Positions 9,604 through 23,701 of a stretch of DNA of 64,000 nucleotides are shown here, in pieces. The position numbers were made by a program, and so were the translations under genes. The notes below the pieces were generated by a model. That model worked only from the letters and a program-made list of their open reading frames with translations, searched no databases and had not been told where the DNA came from. Every line of letters starts with the position of its first letter. Positions within the stretch are counted from its first letter, which is position 1. Source of the DNA: Callorhinchus milii (Eukaryota); contig NW_024704743.1 of NCBI RefSeq assembly GCF_018977255.1, forward strand, positions 6,698,001 through 6,762,000. The letters are read 5' to 3'.

Positions 9604-12600
9604 ATATTATAACATATACACAAGTTGAATGATATTGTCAAAAACTCTTGATCTATGTTACAAACTACATGGCTTTATACAGTAGCTGTCTGGCATTTCT
9701 ATTTTGCACACTTTGTTGTCTCAGGGGTTGAGTATGGAATTCAGCATAGATTTTTTCTTAGTGGACTGTCTGCTGGGAACTCAATCAAGACTCTCAAGTT
9801 GCATTTCACATGGGATCTTAATATTCTACTCAGAGTAGAGACCAAATCCTGTTCAATCCCAGTCTATATTATTAATAACTAATTTTTAAAAATCTCCTCA
9901 TAACATAACTTTCTGATAATTTAGTTGCCAACTATCATCTATTTTAATATCAAATGATCATCAATAAACATGATGATATGTGTACATTATTATATGTTTA
10001 TGTATCACGTAGCATCATTTTTGATTTTACAAGAATGTGTTCTTGAGCACCGTCGAGTGTGTAAATTATGTGAAAAGATAGAAAGCACAGGAAAGTTTAG
10101 GAACAGGAAAAGGCTATTTGGCCTAAGAAGCCTTCCCACTTTTTGATTAATCATTACCTCATCCTCCCACTACATCCCTCAATTCCCTGTTTCTCCAGAA
10201 ATACATCTAGTTGTCTCTTGAGCCTCATTTATACTATTTTCATCAATTTATTCCATATGTGTCCATTACCCTTTGTGTGAAATAATTCTGCCCAAATTCC
10301 CTATCTACTCAAATTGTGTCTGAAATGAAATATTTAAAATCGCCTAGCCCAGAAGGTACAACAATCTGGAGTGGCTATTGCTCTAGAGATTTAAAGAATA
10401 CTCAAAGACTTGATGACACAGATGTTTCTGTTGCTTTCATGTTTTCATGAGGATTTATGTTGATAGTTATTCTGTAACCAAGAAGGAAACAGTCTCTTTA
10501 ATTTTTCTTTTAAGTTTTTATTTTTGTTCAGTGACAATTAATGTCAATTTGTAGAACATTTTGTCTGTGGTACTTGATTTATTAGCAACTAAATTGAAAC
10601 GATCAATAATCATGCCATTTCAAGCTGCAAAGAGGAAACATTTGTCAATTCACACTGGCCTGAACGGGCAGTGTTCCAAACCACCTGCCCATAACTTTAA
10701 TCTTGTCTATATAAGACCATTTCCTTTATGTCCAAATTTGGAATTCCAGTCCACACATGTAAATATATGTTAATTAGGTCTATGGGGCAAAACATCTCAT
10801 GTCAAGTTTATAACATATTTTCATATCAAATTCCTCACAGCATGACCTGAGAATAAATTAGCTGCTGATACCAGCTTGAGAGACTGGTCTGGCAGCATAT
10901 CGATTCGTACCACTGTGGTATAAATGCAGGCGTGAAATTCATCTAGAAATGTTTTGTTATGCACCTTGGACAGTTGGTGAAACTGCTGTTAAAACCTATT
11001 AAGAACTAATTTTTGAAATTAATAACATCAAATCTAACACTGTAAGCAGAGCGCTACACATGCAGGTAATTGTGCACTTGAATAACTCTCCTCGGGCAGC
11101 AGCAATGCAATTTAGAACAGAATGCATAATAATAATCAACCTTACATTTGATATAGCACCTTGAGATGCCTTGATGACGTGACTAACGTGCTTTGCGGGT
11201 ATACTGTAAAGTTAATTGACTGTGTATTTTGTGGGCAAAATGTGGCAGCCAGAAAAATGCACCTATAGTTTGTTTGTACTGAATAGTGCCAGTAGATGTC
11301 TCTTATCAATCATTCCCTAGTCAGCAACATGCTGACATCGTTGTAAAGTATGTTGGTGTAGCAGCTGCCTAATTGCTGGCTGTTTCACTAATACACTCCA
11401 TACTGACTCGCTGTACCGTTGGGGCACCCATTCACCACATTCTCCATCTCATCCTGTTAAGGTTCTTTAAAAACATCTCTCCTTGCCTCAAGGCCCTGAG
11501 TCATACTGGGATCCATTCATCTTTTAGTACAGTAACTGGTCCATTTCTCCACGTATTACAGACAAATGGCTGGTCCATTTCACAATACCCCAGTGTACTG
11601 GCATACGCATCGGACTCATGAGGTCGCCAAAGACGATCAACTCGATTCTGATCTTCATTTGCCTTCCGTGTTATCTTGGAGCAACTCAGCCCCAAAGAAA
11701 CCCTGTTTGCCTTCTTTCTAAGGTGTATAGTTGGTAAATAGACACTTTAAAGATCTGCTGGAGCTTGGAGAGAAATCTGCACAACTGCTAGAAAACACAA
11801 GAGTGTATACTCTCTTTCGACACAAGCACCTGTTTATAATGCCTGAAGAACAAAGCAATGAAATTGTATTTATGACTTATGACCGCACCTTTTCCTATCC
11901 CCATTCGCCTACCCCTCCCGAATCCAACCCCAGCTCAGGTTCAAGCCCTCGACTGTCCAGCACCTTGTGATGTCCTCCCAACGTAAAAAGTGCAGGTTGG
12001 CAAGAGCCAAGGCTTGGGGACCCTAGAGTGTGTGTTGGAAGACTGTTGGCGTTTAACCAGCTAAAACCGCATAGCTTGCCATTGATATTGCTGTCCAGCA
12101 AGCTTTCCCACTGCTTGTCCAGCTACGACCACCCTACCTGTTAGGACTTTGGCTTGCAGAGTGAACAGGAGCTGGATAGGTGACTCCCTGCTCCCAGTGA
12201 CTAGTCTGCTCTTTCAGGTCCAGCCGATGAGACAGGTTGGCTGTGCTGTCATCAGCATTGCCCTGGCATACTATGGACAAGCTTGGCTCAAGGACCGGAC
12301 AACTGAGACTGCCATGGAGAGCTGGCTCGATTCTGACATTCCATTGCCAGGCATGTCACTTTGGAGCCAGTTGGATCCATCAAAGATCCAGAATAGCAGC
12401 AACATGGAGGAGCTACAGTACACAACATTGTATTTTTGGCAGCGTTCCACAGAAACAACCCTCTCTGCCTTCTGAAATGCAAGATACAAGCTGAAGTTGA
12501 CCAAGCGGTTAAACTATTTCAATGACCACTCATGGCTTGAGTTACAAGCTCCTTCACAGTTCACAGACTTCCCACTTCAAAGACAATTGTACATAACTTT

Positions 12601-12615
12601 TTGACTGTGTTTGAG

Positions 12616-12947
12616 ATAATAATAATTTTAATAATAATACTTGCATTTGATATAGCGCTTTTCACATCGGGAGGACGTCCCAAAGCGCTTCACAGAACAC
12701 ACTGTAAAGTGAATTGACTGCATATTTGTGGGCGAACGCGGCAGCCAATTGTGCACAGCAATGTCCCACAAACAGTCGTAGATTGAAAATGACCAATTTT
12801 ATTATTGTTTTTGGTTTTGGAGGGATTATTATTAGGCTCTGTGTGGAGTAAGGAAACTTGCCCAAGGTTTCGCCCCCTGCCTGGAATTGAACTCAGGTCT
12901 CTCGCTTGCAAGGCGAGTGCTCTAACCACTGAGCTACAGGACTCCAC
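12616..12947 (-). mobile_element. Full-length young tRNA-derived SINE (short subfamily) with L2-type tail
   Basis: Head GGAGTCCTGTAGCTCAGTGGTTAGAGC (A box), stem-loop CTCGC-CTTGCAA-GCGAG (Ala-like TGC), AGTTCAATTCC (B box). Body TGTTTGTGGGACATTGCTGTG..AATTGGCTGCCGCG. Tail (TTA)n. Confidence 0.93.
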
Positions 12948-13649
12948 ATGATGTATAGAGATGTACAGTGCCTAAAAGATAATCCCTCAATTGTTCCAAA
13001 TGAAGATGATAAAACACCTTTAAAGACCTGCTGAAGGTATTGATATGTACATTATTAGTGGCGGCTGGTGCCAGCGTTATTGTAAGGCTACCATTCCCAG
13101 GCCCATGTGTACATAAGAATTTGCTAGGCGAAAGAAGACCAAGGTCCATCTAGTTCACCTTCCACCATTCTGGCAGTCACTTGACATCTCGTGTCCTAAA
13201 CGATATACTGTATCCTGAGATATTATTTTCTAGCAGAAATCTATCTAATTTGTTCTGGAAACAATGACATTTTCTGCTTCCACTGTAGTCCAGTCCCTCC
13301 ATCCCCTCAATCATTTTGGTTGCCCTCCTCTGTATCCTCTCAATGACTGCAATATCCTTTTTATATTACGATGATTTTTGCCATTTCTTGAGCCATTCTT
13401 GCTCTAAATTCACCTTTCTTTTTCTACAGACTTTGCTCATGTTCATTCTACCCTTAGAAAGACAACAGCTCTTACCCTATAAACTTTCACCTTCTTGTCT
13501 GTTCTTTTGTACTTTTGAAAATATAGAAGCTATTGTTACAGTAAAAATGCTATGAAGCACCTTTGAGATATCCTCCTCGTGTGAAAAGTGCTCTATCAAA
13601 TGCACAAATTATTTTTAATTTCAATCATTAATTTTTCTCTTGTGAAAAC

Positions 13650-14340
13650 AACAAACTTACGTAAATAAATACTTCCTGGTGTCTGTCTGAAATTGCTCTT
13701 GACAATCCTGAATCTGTGCCTTGCCAGTAAAACAAGAAAGTTCTGTGTTTACTAACTTAATCCTAATGTACAATAATTCCATGTTCCCCTCTGGAGCATC
13801 TTTTTCAAGACATAATGGGCCGAAGTCATTTAACTCTTCATAATTCATCCTTCTAACACTGGGGTTCATCCTTGTTTCTCTCCGCTGCAATTGCTTTAGC
13901 AGTTCCTCTATGTTGTGATAAACTGTATGTAGTACTTTAGGTGCTGCTTATCCAGAGCACTTTACAGCTTGAATATATATTCTTGGAATCTGAACTCAAT
14001 AAAGCCCAGCATCCTGCTTGCCTTGTTTATTGCAGCCTCGTACTGTTTTGACACTCTTAGGTCTCTTTCAGTTTCCCCCTTGGTAAGTTATATCCCACCC
14101 ACGCCTCCTATTTGTACTTAAATGCAGTAATTTGCATTTATCTATGAAATTCATTTGCAAGTGATCAGCCCAAATGTATAACTTATCAGAGGTTTTTTTT
14201 AAGACTTGCTACATCCTTGAATAATACATTTCCTCCCTAACATGGTGTCATCTACAAATTTAAGTACCTTGCAGAGTCTGCAAATCCAAGTCATTAATAA
14301 ATACAAGGAACAGGAGGGGTCCCAGGAGAGCCCCCTAAGG
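13650..14340 (-). mobile_element. Old, highly decayed CR1 fragment
   Basis: The minus strand retains traces of FADDT (plus strand gtgtcatctacaaa), the GSLLGP.LF region and C-terminal CR1 motifs. Confidence 0.7.
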
Positions 14341-17300
14341 CATGTTCATGGCTGTTAGAAAGGCTTGTTAACTTTAAATTTCTACTTTTAAAATTATTTT
14401 TAGACCAATACCTGGCAAAGAAGCATGCAATTCCCAGTTAAAACCTTTCCGTATTCATGCACAAATTGGGAGTCTTTAATCAGGGGAACAGAGAGCAGAG
14501 GAGGAGTTCAACTCTGTTCTGATCCAGAGGTGCGGATGCTACCAACTGAGCCAAGCTGATACCCAAATAGAGTTTTCACATTTAAGTATCATTGTAATGG
14601 ACAATCATTCTCAATCAGTTTTATTTTATTATGTTATTCTTTAACATTGAATTTTAAATTACTTTATCATTTATGGGCTGGCAGAGATTAGCTGCTGTGT
14701 ATGCCTACACAACCACATACTATATTACAATTTTTTNCCCATAAATTTGAGGTTCTGCCTTCCTTATGATTCATGTGGACGTAAAGGGACCAACCAAGCA
14801 TTGCTATTTCAGGGAAAAGTTGAGTCTCTTTTAGTGTTATCCTGGTTTATATTCCCCTCCAAATCCAAATTTACTCCCAAATTCAAATGAATTAGTTACT
14901 CACCTTGTTGTTTATGGGATATTGGTGGTTCACATTAGCTGTCCTGCATAACATTTATTTAAATTCCTATTTTTTGGATTTTGTGAAGAACTTTGTTTCA
15001 GAAGGTTGTGGGTGAAGCCCCACATTGAGAATCAAACTTGTTTAGTCTTGGCTGTTAAGTTGTCTGAGGTGTACCTTCCAATGAGAAGGTATACAGAAGT
15101 CCCATCTGCCTGTTCAGGTGGATATTAATGATTTCACGGCACTACTTGAAAAGAGAAGGGAGCTTCTTCCAGTGTCCTGGCTAACAATCCCCCAAATAAA
15201 ATTGGTCATTTATTTCATGGTTGGTGTGGGACATTGCTGCTGCATTCATCTACAACATACACAGTCACTCCACTTGAAATGTTTTCCTGACATGGATTAT
15301 TATTATTGCTGCAATTACTCAATCAGATACCATTACCCATGTAAACAGTTCATCCTCTTTTTGTTCTTGGAACTGGAAGAACACAACATTGCAAAAACAA
15401 GATGCACTTCATTCTATTCTGTTTACCTACTAGTTTATTTATAATTTAAATGGTTATATTTTTCAGCTAAATGACCACATTTAGGCTTGAGGCTCCTCAC
15501 CCACATCCTCAATAACCCTTGGATATTTTGGCAGTCTGACATGGTGCACTGGTATTCTTCCAGATCAGTGGTCGTCTATCTGGGTGAGTGAAGAAATTCA
15601 CAAGTTCAATACCATACATGAGTTCATAGTCTTGAACTACACAAGCATCTCTCATGTTTGCAATGGCAAGCTGTGTGGTTTTAGCTGGTTAACCTCCAGT
15701 AATTTTGGAATCGCATAGTCTGAAGTCCCTAAATTGGATCGTGGGGATTTATAAATCTGGACCTAAATTCTCCAGTATTAGGTGAGTAGGGTCCATCCAA
15801 GGAGAGAGACTCCATGAACAACAACTGGAAATTTCCAGTATATATATATGGAATTCTCAGTAGTTTGGTTTGGAAACGCTTACGCGTGGTGATAGCTTTT
15901 CACGTATCTGTCACCAGGCTGACCAAAAATGAATCAGCTGCTCTTAAGAGTTTATGCTCTTAACTGTATTATTATTATATATACTGATCTAATATTGCTT
16001 CTACCAACAGAGTAATTTGGAACGGAAAACTGGATTTATATTCTGATCTCAATCTCTCTCGCAATTGGTGGGGGTGGGGGGAAATGATGCAGAATTCATA
16101 CACAGAGCTCCACTTAATGTTTTTTCAGCATTTAATAGTAAGGTATTCAATATTAATAACAGTAAAACGTCCCTTAAAAAAACGGTGGGCTATTTTAAGT
16201 GGCTATATTTGTGAGTGGAGGTCAAGTTGACTGGCATCATTTGCAATGAAAATCAATATTCTTTTGGTGCTCTCAGCAGCTAGGAACTCCAGTCCTGGAA
16301 TATTGTGCATCCTGTACTAGATTTATACAGCAACAATGATGACAAATGCAGGATGAATGAACATAAATAGGCATTTTGTTTTATCTGACTAATTTAGGAC
16401 AGATGAACGCAATTCGTTTTTTGGTTTGCAATCATTTGAGTTTCAGAGTTTGCGGTGAATGTCACCATTCCTCTAAATCATAAAATTGCAAAATTACCAA
16501 GTAGCTTATGCATTCTTTTTGCATGCACCTCCCTGTTGACCAACTATTCTGGGAAAACACATTCTTGGTTTTTCGTGTCCTTTCAAACACGGAGAATGGA
16601 TTTATTTTTCAACTAAACCTCAGGGGCACACTTAAGGTTTACAGAGGATAATCCCTGCTGTGCCATGTAATCAGACAGTTATCCCACAAGGGAGGAAATG
16701 GGTGCAATCGTTGGAGTTATTTGGATCTTCCTCCCAAGTGGAATATTCGTCAGATTGTATGCACTGCACAGCTTTTCAAGCTTTGTTTGTATATCACTAA
16801 ATATCTTCAATACACACCTAAGTATTTTTACATATGTATAATGTTATCAGGTTAATATTAATAAACTGTGCATATGTATGTCAGAGATGCAAAATTAAAA
16901 TGCCAGCAAGGAAAATGTTTAGGAGCTGGACTGAGCAACGGACTCTAGTTGATTAATGATGGTTCACACATGGGATATCACTTTCTGAAGGCTCCTGCTG
17001 ATGTTAACATCACATGTACTGAATTATCATTTATTATTGTGCAGCATTTCCAATTGTGTTCATTAAGTTGGCCCAAATTAAGTAGGTTTATTCATTTTTA
17101 CTTTGCCACATTACTAAGCAATTATTCTTAGTTTCTAAGAATTGCAAATTACTATCATGTCAAAAGATTTAAAAGCTTTAAAAGCATGTAAAGACTCGGT
17201 ATCTCAGCAATAAAGATCATGACATCATCTTCATATGGAATATTGAAACCAGTGAAATGCTAAAACCTTTCCATGAGAGTGCTTTACAATATTGCTTTCT

Positions 17301-17599
17301 CACTATTTATTGGTAACTAAATCCCACCATACAACTGCAGACAGGCAAACATGAAGAGGACCGAGTTTTTTGCCATAAACCAAGCAGCGCACAATTCAAA
17401 GAGAAATAACTGTCTGCCTTCAAAAGCATTATACTAGGGCTAATTAAAGACAACATCTGCAAAATGGACTAATAAGAAAATTAAAAGGGAAATTAAAACA
17501 TATTGGAAGATTTACAAAGCTTGTGGGGATGAATACAAGTCTATACAGATTTAGTTGTGTAAAATAAGGATTAATGGAAATATGAGACACATGCAAAAC

Positions 17600-18040
17600 A
17601 AATGCTAAAAAATCTTCCAATTTTCTAATAGCAAGAGGGGAGATAGAAAGGAAGCCAAAGTCTTAAGGGATCCTAAAAATAAAACGTTTTGAAAATGAGA
17701 ACTAACAGGGGATAATAAACATACGTCTTGGATGTTTTTACCAGGGAAGACAATATGCCTTCCAACAAACAACAAATGGTGCCTGTTTCAAGATTTTCAC
17801 GTAGCCATACAATTTTTTATAGATAAACTCCAGGGAAATGAAAAACAATCAAACCCCTAGGATGAAATGGACTATAATCCATGTTCCTTTGAGAGAAAAG
17901 GGAGTACATTTGTAAAGCACGGATTATTATTTTAAGCAATTTGATGAATGCTGGGGAAGGTTCAACAAACTGGAACATGGAAAATGTAGCCACATACACA
18001 AGACAGGCAACAATATAATACCTGGAACCATTAATGTGAT
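17600..18040 (+). mobile_element. Decayed CR1-like ORF2 fragment
   Basis: Traces of KSNPxGxDGL.P.VL, W..ANV.PIYKKG and PGNY.P-like motifs. Confidence 0.55.
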
Positions 18041-20204
18041 TTTAGTATTCAAAAAGTAAAAAAATAATCAGCACATCTTCTAGATGTCTCAAAGCGCTTC
18101 ACAGAATATATTATAAAGTGAATTGACTGTATATTTGTGGGCAAAGCATGACAGCCAATTGTGCACAGCAGTGATCCACAAGTAGTCATGGATTGAATGA
18201 CCAAATTATTAGTTTTTTTGTTTTCTATTTAGTTTCTTCTCCTACCATTTAATCTAGTGTTATTATTAGCTACCCAGTGACATCTGTTACAATCAGAAGT
18301 TCTTCAACACCTCAACGCCTGCTAACATGTATACGATCACTTAACAACTAAAACAACATTTTTATAATTCACTTATGGTCCTGACAGTATTTTTGATCCC
18401 AACATATCAGTGGACAAATCTTCAGTTCCTACACCCTTAATCTCTGGAGCTTTCTTCCACTAACACTCTGTCTCGTCCCCTTGCTTTATGTATCTAAGTC
18501 CTGCCTGCTACTGCTTCGAACCACCATCCTCTCCCCCCCTCCCTGCTTGGCGTTGAACACTATTCTTGTAAAGCGTTCCAGACATTACCCTTGGGGAAGA
18601 GCACTATATATAGGTTGGGGCAAGACCATGGAGGGATTTAAAGGTTAGGCTGACACTCCAGTGCAATTCTGGGGGAATACAGCATTATTGGAGTTGCTGA
18701 TCTTCAGATGAGTCCTTAAAATAGGGCCTATTTAGAGAGATATTAAATATCCCATGACACTATTTGGAAAGAGAATGAAGTTTCTCTCGATGTCCTGGCC
18801 AACAGCCCCTGGTAATAAAATTGGTGATAGACTTTATGGCTGTTTGTAGGACATTGTCATGTGTAAATTAGCTGCCATGTTCACCCATAAATACACAGTC
18901 ACTATACTTTACAGTAAATCCTGTTAAATGCTTTGGGACATCTTCCTGATGTGAAAGGTGTTATATCAAATGCAAGGATTATATTAAAGCTAGTTAATAA
19001 AGTGTGAGCTAAAAAAATAAAATTCCATTGGTAAAGGGGCAGACATTTCTGTCGACTTCCTGGCAGTCTAAGGGTTAACCCTAATACATTATGCAAACAT
19101 AACATTTTGAAATACAGTATCACAGTTCATAAAACTCGGAATCCAGCTGCTATATAATCTATTACAGAGAGTATGGCAACTGCACAGGGAGGAGCGAGCC
19201 TTAACACTCCCCAATTCTCTTAAAAATTGTAGGAGATTTGAACAAAACAGATGTCACCCTTATGGTACATCCTTAATAGACCACTTTTTGGTGGGATATT
19301 GAAAAATAGGCCACATGGTATTTGTGTATATGCATATAAAACCTGTGTGTATGCCTATAAAACAGAATTCCTAAATTAGAAGTAGCTTCTACTGGTGGCT
19401 GCTGTTGGAATTTTGCACAATGATCTGGGATCAAATTTGAAAGAATTCCTGAATTCCTAGAAATATATCACATAGAATTACAAAGAATATTACAGCATGA
19501 GAAAGGTCATTCATCCCCAGCTAGTCCATGCCTTTGTTTATACTGCTCGAGAGCCTCTACCCAAGTCTAATCCCTTCCATACCTCGTGTACGCATCAACT
19601 TTTCTCTTAAATACTGTGGTGCTTTTTGATTCAATCACAGCTTCTGGCAGTCAATTCCACATTCTCACCCGTCTCTGCATAAAGAAGTTCCTGCTAAACA
19701 GACTGACTCACTCCCGGTAACTAGTCAAATGATCTTGGCCAAAGCTAATTGCTACAGACTATGATCCTGCCACCATGTGAATCTCAGTAGTTTAGTGCTG
19801 AATCAGGGAATGTCAGCTGACTATTTGCATTGATCTTGTTCCCGGATGTCAATGCAAGATATCCAATCCTTGTGCTGCTAACTGGTGGAACCATCATTCA
19901 ATGGGTAGGAAAGCTCATCTGAGCTGTGGGTAGGTGAGTGGTGCCAATGCTCTCACCATTTCATGCTGAGCCGTGCTGCTCAGCAAGAGGCTCACATGGA
20001 ATTCCTGGTACCTGTTATTCACCAACTGAGGGCTCAGACCTGTACAAGCCAGACAGCAAATGATCAACTGATGACTTAGGCAAGAGATAAGCAGGATCTC
20101 CTTGGAGCTGAGAAGTGCAGGCAATGGAATGTTGGAATTGAGTTGACTTTTCATGACCTGTTTCAGTAGATTGGTACCTGAGTCAGACGTATCCATGATT
20201 CTCC

Positions 20205-20300
20205 AAGAAACTGCTGATAGCAGACCAGACAAGAAGCTGCTGATGGCAGACCAGACAAGAAACTGCTGATGGCAGACCAGACAAGAAGCTGCTGATGGCA
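20205..20300 (+). repeat. Tandem repeat, about 3.7 x 26 bp (AAGAAGCTGCTGATGGCAGACCAGAC)
   Basis: Units start at 20205, 20231, 20257 and 20283. Confidence 0.95.
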
Positions 20301-20644
20301 AATTTGGACCGGTCAGGGATTCTTCCCACTTAGCTCCCGTTAACCCTGCAAGCCAAAGCCTTAATGCGTAAGATGCAGGAAGCTTGCTGGACAATACCAA
20401 GCTAAGCAGTTTTAGTTAAATTCCAACAGTACACTAACACGTACTCTGGGGTCCCTAAGCCTTGATTCTTGCTAACCTATGGTACTACTTTTCAGATTTA
20501 GGTAACGAGTATGTGTCCCTCCAGAGAGATAGAGAGAGAGAAAGTCCACCCTCTGTGCCAAACACAGGAAAGTCTCCATGTGATCTGGTCTGGATACTCT
20601 GGATATACAGTGATGGTTCTTCTCATGTCAAACAGCCTGACAAA

Positions 20645-21170
20645 AACCAACAACATCAACAAATTACATTTGTTTAATGCCTTTCACATCAGGAGGGCGT
20701 CCCAAGACACTGTACAGTCAGGGATCAGCATCTGAGCTGGTGGTTGAGATCAGCAGGTGTGGAGGGTGGGAGGGTAGGTGTAGGAGGGTAACCGAAGGCA
20801 CAGTCTAAGAGGCGGATCTTGAAGGAGGCAAGCGAGGCGACTGGGTGAAGTGACTGTGGGATGGAGTTCCAGAAGGTGGGGGCAGAAAGGCTGAGGCCTG
20901 ACCGCCAATGGTGGAGCGAGCAAGACAGAGGACATGAAGCAGGCCAGAGCCCACTGAGCAGACAATTGGATAGATTGGTAGGTGGTTAGGAGGTCACAGA
21001 GATAAGGAGCAAGGCCATGGAAAGCTTTGAAGGTGAGAACCAGGATCTTGAACTGCATCCTCTGAGTGATGGGGAGCCAATGGAGCCGGGCGAGGACGGA
21101 GGTGATATGGTCGTAGAGCCTGGTGCAGGAGAGGACATGGGCTGCAGAGTTCTGGATGATGTGAGGCCTC
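20645..21170 (-). mobile_element. L2 LINE 3' fragment
   Basis: QFKILVLTFKAFHGLAPY and an L2-type tail near 20650. Confidence 0.85.
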
Positions 21171-23701
21171 TAGAGGGAGGACAACAAGCAGGGAGTTTGT
21201 GTAGTTGAGCCTGGATGTGATGAACCAAGTTTACAATGATGATTTTCTCCGCCTGGTGAGTCATCATGAGCAGCCGAGTTTAATCCCATTTCTCCACTTA
21301 TTCCGCCAAATCCTTTCACATTCTTCTTTTGCACACATCCATCAAATTCCCTTTTAAACAATTTATAAGCTTTGCCTTAACTGGTTTGTGGCAAAGAATT
21401 CCACATACCAGCGACCTTCTATACAAAGAAATCTATTCCAATTTCCCCTTTAATTATTTCCTATTTAATCATCAAATTTTGTGCTATCTCATTCAATTAC
21501 TTTGTTGCTGTTAATTCATAGCTAATATGAGCTGGGTTAAGACTATTCACCAGCTATCAGACATGACTGTATGATTTTATTCCATCAACTTTTACCAAAT
21601 TTAAACACAATTCTAATCTGAAAAGGCAGTTTGTAAATTCACATAATTATGGAAATTGCTGCGCATTAGACCTATTGCAGCCTATTTCTGCAAATCTATC
21701 ATTATTTTTCCATTTCAATAAAACGTAAATGTTTCATCATTAATATTGCCGATATCATGAAGTTCAAAAGCTGGTCTGCATGAAATTGCGTGGAATTGTC
21801 GGGTTAACTACCTGAGCATAAATGATTCAGGGTTATCGCACAATGTTGTTGTGTTGAAGGAATCTTTTGAGAAATTGGATGGGTCGGCTAAATGGCCTAA
21901 TAATCTTTCCCTCCTGAAATTGTTATCATACCACAGCTTTAGCCTTGTGTACAGGTGGCTAGCACTGAATTATTTTGCTAATTTGATTAAAAAAAGAGCC
22001 AAAGTCCAGCTCTGTCACACATTCTAAACAAAGGATAAAAGAGGAATTATTCCCAAATGTTAACTGGACTCATCACTTCTTACTTTGTAATAGAATTGGA
22101 CAGTGTATTTCATGGGATCTGCAAATACTTATCCCTCTGTCCTTATAAACTTAAATTGTTCCAGGGATCAAAGTGATCTTTTACAAAGAAAATCATAGCA
22201 TTCAGTCTCAATGGTATATGAACTGCTTTTCTTTCATTTTATTTGGACTAATATCAAATACTTTCATTTCCCAGTTGATGGTTACTTTGGAATGTTGAAG
22301 CTATTACTTTTCAAGGATCACTGATGGAACTAATAGTTTGCCATTGGGCTCATGAAATTGTTTATAGTTTATGCAAATTTGTGTTTGATATTTGTTTTAA
22401 TGCCCTATCACCACTCATCAAACCATACTTTAGTATGTAATAATAGAAATAATAATCCTTGCATTCCAAATAAATTATCACATCATTGAGACATCTCAAA
22501 GTGCTTTGTGTACTGTAAAATGGATTAACTGTATATTTTATGAGCGAAAATGCTTCACCTACAAAGAATGTAGCTTTATGGTGTCCTCTGAGTAAGAAAA
22601 TAATTTGAAAAAAGTGATTCTTAATAATAAATAACTGTGTCTTCTCTAATAAATATTTCAATGACAAACATTGTGCTAACTTCCAAAAGAAAATAACTTT
22701 CCAAATTTCCAGCTGACTGGACCAAGAAAGTGTTCGTTTCCAGATTCCTTTTACTCTATTACTTATTAGAATTTTATCTCAACTGACTTCACATCATCTG
22801 ATTGAGATCAGGCTACAGATACTCCTATAAGTGCTGCCTAGCGAGCTTAATTAAAGAAATTGACTAAACTAGCTTTTATACTTAACCAATTTCTACCCAA
22901 ATTGAAAATCAAAATTACAGAGGTTAGGAGTGTTTGCTCCAATTATATTAGCTATATTTGACAATGATAAATTGGTGTGACAGTCCTTCAGTGTCCCTAC
23001 ATATTAACATTGTGGTGAAGGTTATTTTTGACATCCAAAGGCGTCAGAATGATGCTTTGGGACATCATTCCTACACAAAAGGCGGCGCTATAAATGCAAT
23101 TTGTGCTTTATTGTGCAGTTTAGGGAAGATAACAATTTTTTTTGAGGTGTAAAAATGTGCTCAGATCTATTTCTCAATAGGAAAAATTCAGCCAGTATAT
23201 ATTTACACTCTTTATTTTTTCAATATATTCTATGAAGCGCTTTGAGATATCTAAACAACATGATAAGGCGCTATGTCAAATGCAAGGATTATTAGTAGTA
23301 GTAGTACTTACAGGGAGCAAGTACTACCAAACTATGTTTCAGGTGGGTTAGATATGGTTAAGGCTCCCCAACCTCAGCAAAGAGCCTCAACACTATTCCT
23401 AGCAGAATACTTCCTTTCTCCACCATAACAAGATGAGTCGTCCATTCAGCTCATTGAGTTATTCTGAGGGGGTATTAATGTATATGTTTTAATCCCATTT
23501 CCTACCTTTTCTTCATACTCCTTAGTACTCTTACTTGCTTAGTAATATCTCCTTTTTAAATACCCTCCCAAATTATTACTTACCTATTACATTATGGGGG
23601 ACTGGATTTTACATTCTCACAACCATCTGTGTGAAGAAATACTTTCTGATCTCGCTTCTAATCGAGTTTCCCTCAAATGTACCTCAACTTGCTATTCTTA
23701 T

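Noticed and set aside
12870..12947. tRNA-Ala-like genes (also near 9246, 45330 and 57691)
   Set aside because: These are SINE heads: they run directly into SINE body and tail and lack a proper acceptor stem and oligo-T terminator.
14737..14737. Single N base
   Set aside because: Assembly ambiguity or contig join, not biology. Continuity across it should be treated with caution.
20205..20300. 26-bp repeats as a CRISPR-like array
   Set aside because: Contiguous tandem units without spacers, in a eukaryotic context.
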